A DNA stretch of 64,000 nucleotides from Abditibacterium sp. (GCA_965246885.1 OZ251992.1:2016001-2080000), one strand, 5' to 3'; positions 1-11,930 are shown, counted from the stretch's first letter. Numbers and translations: made by a program. Notes: generated from the letters alone by a model not told the origin.

Positions 1-1793
<1,793 letters not shown>

Positions 1794-1802
1794 GGTCGTT
1801 GG

Positions 1803-2621
1803 TTATCTCCCGATGGGGGCGCGCGCGACTTGATTGGCGGCGGGCGCGGCGGCTTGCAGCGTGCGGGCGGGGTCTATAAGGTGGCTGAGAATGAGCGCGG
1901 GGATAAGCAGGAAGCCGCCCGCGATAATGAGGGTAAACGCGTTGCCGCCCCACATGATGAGCTTCTGGTAGCGGGGGTGGTTGGCGCCAACGGTGGTGAG
2001 GGCGCTCGAAATCGCGTGATACATGTGGAAGCCGAGCACAATCATCGAGATGATATAAATGGCGGCGACGAGGGGCGACTTGAACTCGTTGGTAACGAGC
2101 AGGGCGAGGTTGGCGACATCTTGCCCAGTTGCCCCATTCGCGGCGCCCACTCCGGCGCCGCCGACTCCCACGACGGTGGACGGCTCGTGGCTCGCCATCG
2201 CAGGGGAAGCGATGGGGTGGTGGTATTTGAAGTGCCAGATATGGAAGGGCACGAAGAACAGAATAAAGATGCCCGACCACATCATCAAGGTCGAGGCCCA
2301 TGTCTTTTTGGAGCGCTTGGACTTGGTGCGGCCCCACGTTTTGGAATGGTAGGCGACGGGACGGGCGGAGTAATTTTTGTTGAGCAGGATGATGGCATCC
2401 CCTGCGTGAATGAGAAAAATGGCGAGCAAACCCAGTTCAATGAGGATGACAACGGGTTGGGCGGTGAGGAAGCGGGCGTAGCCGTTGAACTGGGCGCCGC
2501 TCCACAAGAGTTGAAGGTTGCCCGCGAGGTGCCCGATGAGGAAGCCGACCATTGCCAAGCCGGTGATGGCCAACAGAATCTTCTTGCCGACGACAGTATT
2601 GAAGCGCAATTTGGAGAACAT
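1803..2621 (-). CDS. sdhC: Succinate dehydrogenase cytochrome b558 subunit
   Basis: KKILLAITG start, about 5 TM helices, heme-ligand His residues (HLAGN, IHA, FHIWH, FHMYH); upstream of sdhA. Confidence 0.92.
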   Translation of the reverse strand: MFSKLRFNTVVGKKILLAITGLAMVGFLIGHLAGNLQLLWSGAQFNGYARFLTAQPVVILIELGLLAIFLIHAGDAIILLNKNYSARPVAYHSKTWGRTKSKRSKKTWASTLMMWSGIFILFFVPFHIWHFKYHHPIASPAMASHEPSTVVGVGGAGVGAANGATGQDVANLALLVTNEFKSPLVAAIYIISMIVLGFHMYHAISSALTTVGANHPRYQKLIMWGGNAFTLIIAGGFLLIPALILSHLIDPARTLQAAAPAANQVARAPIGR

Positions 2622-2833
2622 AGGTGAAGCGAAAACGCCCGCCCCTTCGGACGAAAAGGGCGCGCGCGAAAACCGGGAAAGGGGTAGGAAGAAAGAGTAG
2701 CAAACGGAGCCTTTATCCAGACGGTTTCGGGCGCGCGCGCGCGGAGTTTTTGCTAATCGCTGTGCGGGGACAAGGGCGCGCGGCGCGCGGCCATTTCGTT
2801 GCTTGCATAAGGCGCGTTTGCTCTTTTGCCGCT

Positions 2834-4345
2834 ATGGTTGCTCGTCCGTTTTCTTGTTTCCGGCTGCTTGCGCCCCCTCGTGCGCGGCGGCGCGGCGTTT
2901 CGATGTGGCTGTTCGTCCTGTCGCTTCCGATCATCTTCGGCGTGTGCGGCCTCGTCATTGACATGGGCCAACTGCACGCCAAGCGCGCCCAAGTCCAGCG
3001 CGCTGGTGATGCGGCGGCTCTGGCGGGCGCGCAGCAATCGGGCATTGACAACACCCACGCCCAGCAGGACGGCCTTAAATACGCCGACATCAACGGCTTT
3101 AGCGCCAAGCGTGGCGACGAAGTGACCGTCACCGCCAACTACGAGTCCGCCGCCGCCGAAAACGCCGCCAACATCAACACGGTGCGCGTTCAAATCAAGC
3201 ACACCGAACCCGTCTACTTCGCGCCCGTCGCCGAAACTCTGCTCACCTTTTTGGGATGGGACAGTGGAGCGGCGCAGTTTTCGCGTGTCATTGGCACCAA
3301 GTCCGTCGCGCGCAAGTTCGTGTACTTGCCCATGAAAACCGGTGGCAACTACGGTATCGCTTCCGGCTCGCAGGCCATTGTCAACAACATCATCAACGGC
3401 CCTTATTCCGCCTACGACGACGCCGACCCCTATTCGGGCAAATATCTTCTCGACGGTAGCCCCAACCCGCGTTACTCCCAGTTCGGCGGCTACCAGAACT
3501 TCACTTTCCACGTGACCGAGGCCGCGAAAAAGGCCTCGTCCGACGGCAAGATTTATCTGCAAATCTACAGCCCCGGCCCCGGTGACAGTGGCTACGACTC
3601 AGGGATACGTCAAACGCCCGTCTTTCCCACTGGCACCACCCCGCCGCCTTGGGCGCTGACGACAACCAAATACGAAATCCTCAAAGATGGCAAAGTCATC
3701 GCTTCAGCGACGTATGACGCCAATAGTCCGTCCACCCTCAGTTGGATTACGCCCGATGGCTTTGCCCTCGACATCGGCACCTACGGAATAGGAGATTACC
3801 AAGTGCGCGTTTCCACGTCCGATGGCAACACAGGCAACGCTTACGCTCTGCGCGCGGGGCCAGCGCAAGGCGTCGGCATGGACGATGCGACATGGAACGA
3901 CCAATTCGGTGACAAGCTGGGAGCGGCTCCCGATAACGTGCTCGTGCCCATGAACGCGGATGGCCGCATGACCATCGGGTTCCAAACCAACGGCACTGCC
4001 ACGCTGACCTTGGGGCATCTCGGCCCGCAATGGGCTGGCAAGACGGTGCAAGTTGCGCACTACGATTTGGACATCGGCGCCACCAACCTTGTCTACACGG
4101 TAGACACTTTGCCCGACACCACCTTTCCCGGCACCTTGCCGCAGAACTCCATTCAAGGCAATGCCCCGCAACGGCCCGGCAACGGCATCTGGGCGACCGA
4201 TACCATCACCCTTCCCGCCGACTTTCAAGGCGGCAACCTATCCGCCAAATACACGGCGGGCGTGAGCGACCTCGGCAAAGATGGATCGGCGTGGGAACTG
4301 TTTGGCGCGGGCGACGGCGACGGCTTCGTGCGTTTGATTGAGTAA
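2834..4345 (+). CDS. TadG/Tad-domain pilus-associated protein with large extracellular C-terminal region
   Basis: RRRG followed by a hydrophobic helix and IDMG...QRAGDAAALAGA (Tad motif). Start placed at ATG 2834 within ORF 2624..4345. Confidence 0.75.
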   Translation: MVARPFSCFRLLAPPRARRRGVSMWLFVLSLPIIFGVCGLVIDMGQLHAKRAQVQRAGDAAALAGAQQSGIDNTHAQQDGLKYADINGFSAKRGDEVTVTANYESAAAENAANINTVRVQIKHTEPVYFAPVAETLLTFLGWDSGAAQFSRVIGTKSVARKFVYLPMKTGGNYGIASGSQAIVNNIINGPYSAYDDADPYSGKYLLDGSPNPRYSQFGGYQNFTFHVTEAAKKASSDGKIYLQIYSPGPGDSGYDSGIRQTPVFPTGTTPPPWALTTTKYEILKDGKVIASATYDANSPSTLSWITPDGFALDIGTYGIGDYQVRVSTSDGNTGNAYALRAGPAQGVGMDDATWNDQFGDKLGAAPDNVLVPMNADGRMTIGFQTNGTATLTLGHLGPQWAGKTVQVAHYDLDIGATNLVYTVDTLPDTTFPGTLPQNSIQGNAPQRPGNGIWATDTITLPADFQGGNLSAKYTAGVSDLGKDGSAWELFGAGDGDGFVRLIE

Positions 4346-4355
4346 GGCGCGCCGT

Positions 4356-4916
4356 TTAGCGAGCGCCGCCAAACAGTTCGTTCCATCCCGGCGCCGCCTC
4401 GTCTTTACGAGACAGAATCGGCGCGATGCCCAACGCTTCGAGGGGCCACTTCACCCCGACGTGCGGGTCGTCGTAGCGCAGTTCGCCTTGGTCGGAGGGG
4501 TAATAAAAGTCGTCGCACTTATACAGAAAGTCGGCCTCGTCGCTGAGAACGAGGAAGCCGTGCGCCATGCCGCGCGGCACGAGGAGCATCAGTCCGTTTT
4601 CGTCGCTCAGTTCGAGGCCGACGTGCTTTCCAAAGGTGGGGGAGCCGGGCCGAATGTCTACCGCGACATCCCACACGCGCCCGCGCGCCACGCGGCACAG
4701 CTTGGCTTGGGGATGATCACGCTGAAAATGCAAACCGCGCAGCGTCCCCTTTTGCGAGCGGGAGTGGTTGTCCTGCACCCAGTCGTTTTCGAGGCCCAAC
4801 TCGCGGAAGTCGCGCCGCGAAAACGATTCCACGAAGAACCCGCGCGCGTCGGCGAACACGCGCGGCTCCAAAATCACGACGCCTTCGATGTCCGTCAGGT
4901 GCAGTTGCAAATTCAT
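4356..4916 (-). CDS. rfbC: dTDP-4-dehydrorhamnose 3,5-epimerase
   Basis: DARGFF, QDNHSRS, LRGLHFQ, DVAVDIRPGSPTFG and AHGF motifs. Confidence 0.95.
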   Translation of the reverse strand: MNLQLHLTDIEGVVILEPRVFADARGFFVESFSRRDFRELGLENDWVQDNHSRSQKGTLRGLHFQRDHPQAKLCRVARGRVWDVAVDIRPGSPTFGKHVGLELSDENGLMLLVPRGMAHGFLVLSDEADFLYKCDDFYYPSDQGELRYDDPHVGVKWPLEALGIAPILSRKDEAAPGWNELFGGAR

Positions 4917-4953
4917 CGGGCGCAGTTTGGCGAATTTCCAAGAGCGAGCGACT

Positions 4954-5121
4954 CCTGTCAACGACTCACCCATGCCCCGGACGTGTCAACACGGGCCAGT
5001 GAACGGATGGCGGGCCTGTGTCATTCGTTCGCCCATGTTTGTGGCCGCTTCGCCCATGTCTGTGGCTCGTTGACCGGCCTGTGTTATTTGTCCGCCCATG
5101 CCGGTCATTCATCCGCCGACC
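4954..5121. repeat. 21-bp-period degenerate repeat array 1 (about 8 units)
   Basis: In-register units such as TGTGTCATTCGTTCGCCCATG, TTTGTGGCCGCTTCGCCCATG and TGTGTTATTTGTCCGCCCATG; resembles arrays 2-5. Confidence 0.7.
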
Positions 5122-6104
5122 TATAGCGGCGCTTCCCAGACGGGCTTTTCGCGGGAAAAGTCGAAGTAAATTCGGCGCGGCATGGCGGCGAAGACGCGGC
5201 CCACGAACCCCGCTTCTTTGGCGTTGTGGGCGATGCCTTCACGGATTTCTTGGTCGGAGTAACGGGTGGAGATGTGGTAGAGAATGACGTCCGTCACCCC
5301 CGCTTCGCGCGCGACGCGCAGGGCATCGAAGACGGTCGAGTGCATGTGTCCGACATCCTCGCCCGCCGCGTCCGCGTCGTAATCGTCGGGGGCTAAAAAC
5401 GTCGCTTCGTGCAATAAAATCTGTGTTCCCGCGACTTCTTCGGGATGGAGCGGTTTGCCGTCGCCGCCGACGGTAATCCATTTCTCGTCTACGGGCGAGG
5501 TGATGGCCGCGCGGCCCGCTTCGGCTTGCAGTTGCTCGACTTCGCGCTCCGACTTGCCCGCGACTTCCGAGGGGGACATGGCGCGCGCGCCCAACTCGCG
5601 GCGCACGTTGTCCAGTTCGCGTTGCGACAGCGCGGCGTATTCGGGGCGCACCTTTTGCTTGCGCCAGATAAGGTGGTAGCCCAAGGAGCGCGGCGCGGCG
5701 CGCGGGTCGTCGTCGAGGTAGTGCCGGGTGCGAAAAGCGCGCACCAGCCGTCCGGCCACGCCTGTATCGATCGAGTCGCCCTCTTCGAGCGCGCGCCAGA
5801 CGGCAGCGCGCGAGGAGCCGGGGTTGAAACGGAGGGAAAACTGCTCGACTTCGCGCCACGAGCGCCCATTGGCGGGGTGGGCGAGGGTGAACGGCCCCGC
5901 TTCGCCGCGCTGATTGATGACTTGCAGGAGGCCGCCGATGTGGTCGCGGTGCGAGTGGGTCAAAAGCACCGTGTCTATTTTGCGGATTTTGTAGCCCAGT
6001 TGCTGCGAGGCGCCATCGCCCGCGTCTATGAGCAGCTTCCAGTCGTTGAACCAGAGCCAAGTCGAGAAGCGGGGCGAAGAATGAAGGGCGAGTTGGAGTT
6101 GCAT
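5121..6104 (-). CDS. rnz: Ribonuclease Z, Thermotoga (TM)-type, MBL fold
   Basis: FSTW...IDAGDG, THSHRDH, SLGY, HEATF, HST and YHISTRY motifs. Confidence 0.8.
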   Translation of the reverse strand: MQLQLALHSSPRFSTWLWFNDWKLLIDAGDGASQQLGYKIRKIDTVLLTHSHRDHIGGLLQVINQRGEAGPFTLAHPANGRSWREVEQFSLRFNPGSSRAAVWRALEEGDSIDTGVAGRLVRAFRTRHYLDDDPRAAPRSLGYHLIWRKQKVRPEYAALSQRELDNVRRELGARAMSPSEVAGKSEREVEQLQAEAGRAAITSPVDEKWITVGGDGKPLHPEEVAGTQILLHEATFLAPDDYDADAAGEDVGHMHSTVFDALRVAREAGVTDVILYHISTRYSDQEIREGIAHNAKEAGFVGRVFAAMPRRIYFDFSREKPVWEAPL

Positions 6105-6128
6105 GGAAACGGGCGGGCAGTGTGGGGG

Positions 6129-9100
6129 TTATGGCTTGTGGAGCAATCCGGCAACCGTTTCGACCAATTCCAACGCGCCGACGGGCTTGGATAAGTGCCG
6201 CTCAAAGCCCGCTTCGAGGGCGCGGGTTTGGTCTTCGCCCGATGCATACGCGGTGAGGGCGACGGCGGGCAGGGTGAAGCCGCGCGCGAGCAGTTCGCGG
6301 CGCAGTTCCAAGCCGTCCATATCCGGCATCCCGATGTCGGAAACCAGCGCATCGGGCGCGAACTGCGCGACGATCTCAAGGGCGGCCTTCCCCGTTCCGG
6401 CCAAGCGGATGTTCGCTCCGGCTTCTTCCAACAGACGCGCGAGCATTTCGCGCGTGTCCGGTTCGTCGTCCACCACGAGCAATCGCACGCCCTTCAAGCG
6501 GCCTTCCAACGGGCGCAGTTGTTCCATGAGCGGCGGTGCATCGGGCGCTTCTCCCTCGGCCAACAGGGGGATTTCGACCCAGACGGTCGCGCCTTGGCCG
6601 CGTCCGGCGCTGTCGGCGCCCGCGTGCCCACCGTGCAGTTGAACAATGTGTTTGACAATGGATAGCCCCAATCCCAAGCCGCCGGTTTTGCGGGTCGAAC
6701 TGGAGTCGCCTTGACGGAACCGCTCGAACAAATGGGACAAAAGTTCGGCGTCTATGCCCGTTCCGGTATCGCGCACTTCGAGGCGCGCTTGGCCGTTCTC
6801 CTGCGCGAGCACGACGCGGATGTGCCCGCCCGCCGGAGTGAACTTAATGGCGTTTTGAAGCAGGTTCCACACGACCTGTCCCAAGCGGGCGGCGTCGCCA
6901 CGCACCCACGTTTCGGGTTGCGCTTCGACTTCGACGGCTAACCGCTTATCACTCCACACGGTGCGCAACGACTCGACTTGGCGGCGCACGAGTTCGTCGA
7001 AGGAGATGTTGGCCAGTTCGAGACGCAGTTTGCCCGTTGTGATGCGCGAGACGTCGAGGATGTCGTTGACGAGTTGGGCCTGCGCGAGGGCGTTGCGCTC
7101 GATGACGTCGTAGGCTTGGGTGCGCAGTTTTTCGTCGGCTTCGGCGGAGCGGAGCAGTTCGAGCCAGCCCAGAATGGGGGTTAGGGGCGTGCGCAGTTCG
7201 TGCGACACGACGGCGAGGAACTCGTCCTTGGCGCGGTTGGCGGCTTGCGCATCGTCGCGGGCGCGGCGCGCGAGGTCGCGGGCGTCTTCGGCTTCTTCCA
7301 AGGACTGTTGGGCTTGGTCGCGGGCGATTTGGGCTTCTTGCAAGAGGCGCGCGTTGTCGGCGGTGAGGGCAAGGCGGCGCCCAAGCTCTTCGGCGAGTTC
7401 GAGGGTGTCGCCGTCAAAGGGCAGTTTGGGGTTGCAGGCGAGCCAAAGCATGACGCCCACCACGCGTTCGCGCGCGGCAAGCGGGGCGACGATGGCACTT
7501 TGGACGTCCATTTCGGCGATCAGCGCGCGGTAAGCGGCGCTCACGGGCAGGGCGTCGGGGGCACCGAGGTAGCCGGATGGATAAAGCGTTGCCCGGCCCG
7601 CCGCGAGGGTGGCGGACACGTTCCAAGGCAGCTGGGGGTCGCTTTGGAGCAGTTCGCGCAAACGCGCGGCGAGGTCGGCTTGCGCGGTCTCTTGGGGATG
7701 GGCGATGGCGACATGCTGCAACAACCCGTCCGCGTCAGGAACGGCGATGATGCACCAATCGGCGAAGCGCGGCACACATTTTTGCGCGACGGCGTTGAAA
7801 ATCTCGTCCTCGTCGAGCGCGGCAACCAACACGGAGCCGACTTCGGCGAGCAAACGCTGCGCTTCGGCGGCCCGCGCGCGGCCCGTCACGTTGTCAAAGA
7901 CCGCGACGGCGGCGGTGATATGGCCATCGCTGTCCCGGATGGGCGCGGCGTTGATGCGAATGACGCCCAAATCGCCGCCGCCGCGTTCTATGACGAACTC
8001 TTCGCCGCGCACGACTTCGCCGCTTTGCACCGCGCGCGCGAGCGGCCACTCATGACCTTCCAAGGGGCGACCGTCGAGGTGGAAACCGCGATACGCGGGG
8101 GAGTACTCTTCGGTGCTTTGCACGCTGCGGTACGGGTGGCCCCAAACCTGCGCGACTTGATCGTTGCCAAGAATCAGGCGGCCCGACGGCGCTTCGGCGA
8201 TGACCACTCCCGACGGCATTTGTTGCAAGATGGCCTCGAAGCGGGCGCGCTCGGTTTCCAACTGGGCGAACAGCCGCTCGCGCTCGACTTGGCCGCGCAC
8301 GCGGTCGGTCTGCTCGATGAGTATGGCGCCCACCCCCATCATGTCGCCGCTATCCGTGCCGCCCACGCGGACTGGATACAGGCCCATCGTGCAGTGCCGA
8401 AAGGTAGCGGGATTGTCGGGCGTGCCTTCGGTGAAGTCCTGCAAGTGCGAGGGGACGCCGCTTTGCCAGACCTCTTCCAGCATCACTTCGACGGTTGGCC
8501 CCAGTGTGGGAAACAGGTCGGACGTGCTTCTGCCAAGGTGCGCTGTGACGGTCAAGGAGTTGATGCGCGCCATTTCCGCGTTGACGAGCACGTAGCGGTG
8601 CGCGCGGTCGAACAGCCCAAAACCAACGGGCGCCGAGTCGAGCAGGGTGTTGAGCAGGGCGAGCGATTCGCGTTGGCGCTGGGCTAATTCGCGGCTTGCT
8701 TCGTCCAAGCGCGTGCGCTCCAGCGCTTGGGCGCAACTCGCGGCGAGGGTTTCCAAAAAGGTGCGCTTGACGGGGTCGAAGTCGCGCGCTGCATCGAACG
8801 ATAAGCCCATGACGCCCAACACTCGTCCATCCAAGCGCAGCGGTAGTGCTACGAGCGCCTTCGATCCCGATGCCGCCGCGCCGCGCAAAACCGGGAAACG
8901 CGCGATGGCTTCCTCCTCGCTGACGTCGCCCACCCAGACCGGCTCCTCGGTGCGAAACGCCTGCGCAATGGGGGTTTTGTCTTCGACGTTCATGCGCTCC
9001 CACCCCTGCGACGATTCGGGGGGATAGCCGCGCGTTTGCGACAAATGCAGATAGGTCGCTCCGTCCTCGTCGCGCGGCACCACGAAGATACCCGCAAAAG

Positions 9101-9677
9101 CCCCCGACGATTCGAGGCAGCTTTCCAACCCCACAGCCGCCACGTCATCGGGGGTAGCCGCCGCAGACAGGGCGCGCGACAACTCTTGCAAGCGCAACGC
9201 GAAGCGGCTGGTGCGTTGCTCGCGCTCCAAGAGCGCGCCAATCTCGTCGCGGGCGCGGCGCTCTTGCGACAAATCGAAGGCAAACGAAATGACCGCGTCG
9301 CCATCGGGAAGCGCAATGGGCGCCACTTCGACCCGAATGGGCACGCGCTCGCCATCGGCGCGCAGTACCGCCGCTTCGTAGGTGGTGGGGCGCGAGTAGA
9401 ACCCTCCCGTTGCGCGGCCTTGCGCGTGGCGCGCGATCTCTTCGCGCGCGGCGGGCGCCAAGAAGTCGTTCGCCACTCGCCCAACAACGTCATTTACGCC
9501 CACAAGCGCAGTGAGAGCCGGGTTGCCATAAATGATCACGCCGCCGCGCGTGATGGCAACCGCAAGAGGCGCGGCATCGAACAGCGAGCGGAACCGCTTT
9601 TCCGAAGCCGCCAACACGCGCTTTTCGGCCTCGGTCGTTTCTACCGGGGATCGTTCGGGAGAATTGGAGGTAGGCAC
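6129..9677 (-). CDS. Hybrid sensor histidine kinase (PAS-GAF-PAS-PAS-GAF-HisKA-HATPase-REC)
   Basis: SHELRTPL H-box, NLLQNAIKF, DTGTG, GLGLGL, C-terminal receiver (VVDD, SDIGMP, SKP). Start at GTG 9677 is inferred. Confidence 0.93.
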   Translation of the reverse strand: MPTSNSPERSPVETTEAEKRVLAASEKRFRSLFDAAPLAVAITRGGVIIYGNPALTALVGVNDVVGRVANDFLAPAAREEIARHAQGRATGGFYSRPTTYEAAVLRADGERVPIRVEVAPIALPDGDAVISFAFDLSQERRARDEIGALLEREQRTSRFALRLQELSRALSAAATPDDVAAVGLESCLESSGAFAGIFVVPRDEDGATYLHLSQTRGYPPESSQGWERMNVEDKTPIAQAFRTEEPVWVGDVSEEEAIARFPVLRGAAASGSKALVALPLRLDGRVLGVMGLSFDAARDFDPVKRTFLETLAASCAQALERTRLDEASRELAQRQRESLALLNTLLDSAPVGFGLFDRAHRYVLVNAEMARINSLTVTAHLGRSTSDLFPTLGPTVEVMLEEVWQSGVPSHLQDFTEGTPDNPATFRHCTMGLYPVRVGGTDSGDMMGVGAILIEQTDRVRGQVERERLFAQLETERARFEAILQQMPSGVVIAEAPSGRLILGNDQVAQVWGHPYRSVQSTEEYSPAYRGFHLDGRPLEGHEWPLARAVQSGEVVRGEEFVIERGGGDLGVIRINAAPIRDSDGHITAAVAVFDNVTGRARAAEAQRLLAEVGSVLVAALDEDEIFNAVAQKCVPRFADWCIIAVPDADGLLQHVAIAHPQETAQADLAARLRELLQSDPQLPWNVSATLAAGRATLYPSGYLGAPDALPVSAAYRALIAEMDVQSAIVAPLAARERVVGVMLWLACNPKLPFDGDTLELAEELGRRLALTADNARLLQEAQIARDQAQQSLEEAEDARDLARRARDDAQAANRAKDEFLAVVSHELRTPLTPILGWLELLRSAEADEKLRTQAYDVIERNALAQAQLVNDILDVSRITTGKLRLELANISFDELVRRQVESLRTVWSDKRLAVEVEAQPETWVRGDAARLGQVVWNLLQNAIKFTPAGGHIRVVLAQENGQARLEVRDTGTGIDAELLSHLFERFRQGDSSSTRKTGGLGLGLSIVKHIVQLHGGHAGADSAGRGQGATVWVEIPLLAEGEAPDAPPLMEQLRPLEGRLKGVRLLVVDDEPDTREMLARLLEEAGANIRLAGTGKAALEIVAQFAPDALVSDIGMPDMDGLELRRELLARGFTLPAVALTAYASGEDQTRALEAGFERHLSKPVGALELVETVAGLLHKP

Positions 9678-9765
9678 GGGAGTTAAGTCTGCAGGGAACG
9701 GCAGTTTTTCGCCGACAAAGTTCTCGCGGGGCGCGCTTGGCGGGGCGCGCGGGCAAACTCCCGGC

Positions 9766-10686
9766 GTGCTTGCTATTTTGTGGGAGGTCATTGCGCCCAT
9801 CTTTGCCCTTGTCGGGTTGGGCTATGCGGTGCAAAAGCGGGTGGGACTCGATTTGCCCACGCTCACACGGCTGAACTTTTGGATGTTCGTCCCCGCTTTT
9901 CTGTGGGTGCACATCTTCGAGTCCACGCTCGACTGGCTCCAATTGCGCGCTATTTTGCTCCATTTTGCCATCTTCTTCCCACTATTGGGCGCCATCGGGT
10001 GGTGGGGGGCGCGCTTCGTCCAGCCGTCCGATCGCCTCCGCCGGGCCATCACCGCCTCGGTGCTATTTTACAATTCCGGCAACTACGGCATCCCCGTCGC
10101 TCAATTGGCCTTTCCCGGCCAACTGTTGCCGCTCCAAATCCAAGCGGCGATCGTAATGCTGCAAAACACCGCGAATTTTTCGGTTGGCTTAGTATTGCTG
10201 GCGGGCGGACGCGGTGGCAGACGGCGCGACACGCTTGGCGCCATCTTCAAACTGCCGATGGTGTACGTCTTGGTCGGGGCGTGGACGCTCCGCGCGCTCC
10301 ATTTGGCGCCGCCGCGTCCGGTCACTACGGCATTGCACTGGCTCGCGGACGCGCTTGTGCCGGTTGCGGTTTGCACTCTGGGCGCGCAAATGGCGGGGCT
10401 AAAGGTGCCCCGCCTGAACGCGCCTTTGTGTCTGTCCTTGGGGTTGCGTCTGCTCGTGGCGCCCCTGCTGGGCTTTGCGGTTGTGCGCGGCTTGGGCTTG
10501 CACGGGACACTGGCGCAATCGCTCACGCTTTCGACGGCGTTTCCGACGGCTGTCAACTCGGCCCTGCTCGCGTTGGAGTTCGATAACGAGCCGGAGTTTG
10601 CGGCGGCGGCGGTGTTTTATTCGACGCTGTTCTCGACGCTCAGCGTGTCGTTCGTGATTTGGGCGCTCCGGGCGGCGGCGATTTAA
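9766..10686 (+). CDS. AEC (auxin efflux carrier) family transporter
   Basis: About 10 TM helices, NSGNYGIP and FPTAVN motifs; start at GTG 9766. Confidence 0.88.
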   Translation: MLAILWEVIAPIFALVGLGYAVQKRVGLDLPTLTRLNFWMFVPAFLWVHIFESTLDWLQLRAILLHFAIFFPLLGAIGWWGARFVQPSDRLRRAITASVLFYNSGNYGIPVAQLAFPGQLLPLQIQAAIVMLQNTANFSVGLVLLAGGRGGRRRDTLGAIFKLPMVYVLVGAWTLRALHLAPPRPVTTALHWLADALVPVAVCTLGAQMAGLKVPRLNAPLCLSLGLRLLVAPLLGFAVVRGLGLHGTLAQSLTLSTAFPTAVNSALLALEFDNEPEFAAAAVFYSTLFSTLSVSFVIWALRAAAI

Positions 10687-11024
10687 AGGAGGTGTTTGAC
10701 GATGTAAACACCAAGGTAAAACGCCGCACCTATAGCAGACGCGCCGGCGCACTGCATTGCGGCCAACGGCGAATGGCTGCGCAGAAGGGCCGCATAAACG
10801 AACCCAAACGGCGGCGCGACGAGCGCGGCGACGCGAAGCGCGGAGGAAAGAGGACGATTCGCGGGACGGTTGCATTTCAGGCAGACGGCCTCGCGCGGCG
10901 CGGCGTAAAAGGTATTGCCGCAGAACGAGCACTTGACTCCCACCAAGCGCTCTGCAGCGCGAGAGCGAGATGCACGAGCGGAAGAACGGGAGGAGCGTTG
11001 AGACGTAGAAAAGGGTGAGTTCAT
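10683..11024 (-). CDS. Small zinc-ribbon membrane protein
   Basis: CSFC-x13-CLKC followed by two hydrophobic segments. Confidence 0.6.
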   Translation of the reverse strand: MNSPFSTSQRSSRSSARASRSRAAERLVGVKCSFCGNTFYAAPREAVCLKCNRPANRPLSSALRVAALVAPPFGFVYAALLRSHSPLAAMQCAGASAIGAAFYLGVYIVKHLL

Positions 11025-11186
11025 CGGGTGGGGCGAAAGCGGTAGGGGATGATGCGAAAAGGGTAGCTCTTCAACGACTGCTTGATAAACGAGTTGCGCG
11101 CTACCATTAATGGCATTATCCCACGATGGTAGTCCTTCTGACAAGGCAATTTATGAAGGGTTGCGCTATGACCGTTTGTTCCCTGC

Positions 11187-11930
11187 TCACAACGGGCCTT
11201 GTCCGTCCTGCCCTTGGAGTTTGTGCCACTCTTCCTCGTTGACGCCCAAGGAAGTCAGCAGGGCGTGGTTGTGTTCTTCGCGCGCCAGATTTCTCATCTC
11301 CCCCGTCTCCACATAATATACCTGCTCAGCGATGTTGGTGGCGTGATCGGCGACCCGTTCAAGCGCGCGCGCCACAAGCAGAAAGCGCGTAGCGGATTCG
11401 ACGCGACTCGAATCCGCGCGCATCAGGTTGATCATGTCGCGCTGTGTTACGTCGCAGAGGTCGTCAACGGCGTCGTCGTCGCGGGCAACTTGCACCGCCA
11501 TCTGCGTATCGTGCTGCACGAACGCTTGCAGGGAATCGCACACCATCTTGCGCGCCAATTCGGACAGTTCGCGCAAGGCGGCGGGGGGGCGGCGTTGCCC
11601 GGCCAAGGCACGCGTGACTTTGGCGATGTCGCTCGCATGGTCGCCGATGCGCTCCAAGTCAATGACGATCTTTAGGCACGAGGCGATAAAGCGTAGGTCG
11701 CGCGCCATTGGTTGCTGCAATGCCAAAAGCTGCGTCGCGCGCGCTTGGATGCCAAAGGTCATGTCGTCGGCGAAGTCGTCGTCGGCAATAACTTGCTTGG
11801 CGAGGGGCAGGTCGCCTCGCACGAGCGAGTCCATCGCTTTGCCGTGCGCTTCCTCGACGAAGCGGCCCAAGCGCAACAAATCCTCTTGGAGTTCAGAGAG
11901 TTGCTCTTCAAAGTTGCGGCGGATAATCAT
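11187..11930 (-). CDS. phoU: Phosphate signalling complex protein PhoU
   Basis: QQPMARDLR, DLERIGDH and LERVADHATNIAE motifs; follows pstB. Confidence 0.95.
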   Translation of the reverse strand: MIIRRNFEEQLSELQEDLLRLGRFVEEAHGKAMDSLVRGDLPLAKQVIADDDFADDMTFGIQARATQLLALQQPMARDLRFIASCLKIVIDLERIGDHASDIAKVTRALAGQRRPPAALRELSELARKMVCDSLQAFVQHDTQMAVQVARDDDAVDDLCDVTQRDMINLMRADSSRVESATRFLLVARALERVADHATNIAEQVYYVETGEMRNLAREEHNHALLTSLGVNEEEWHKLQGQDGQGPL

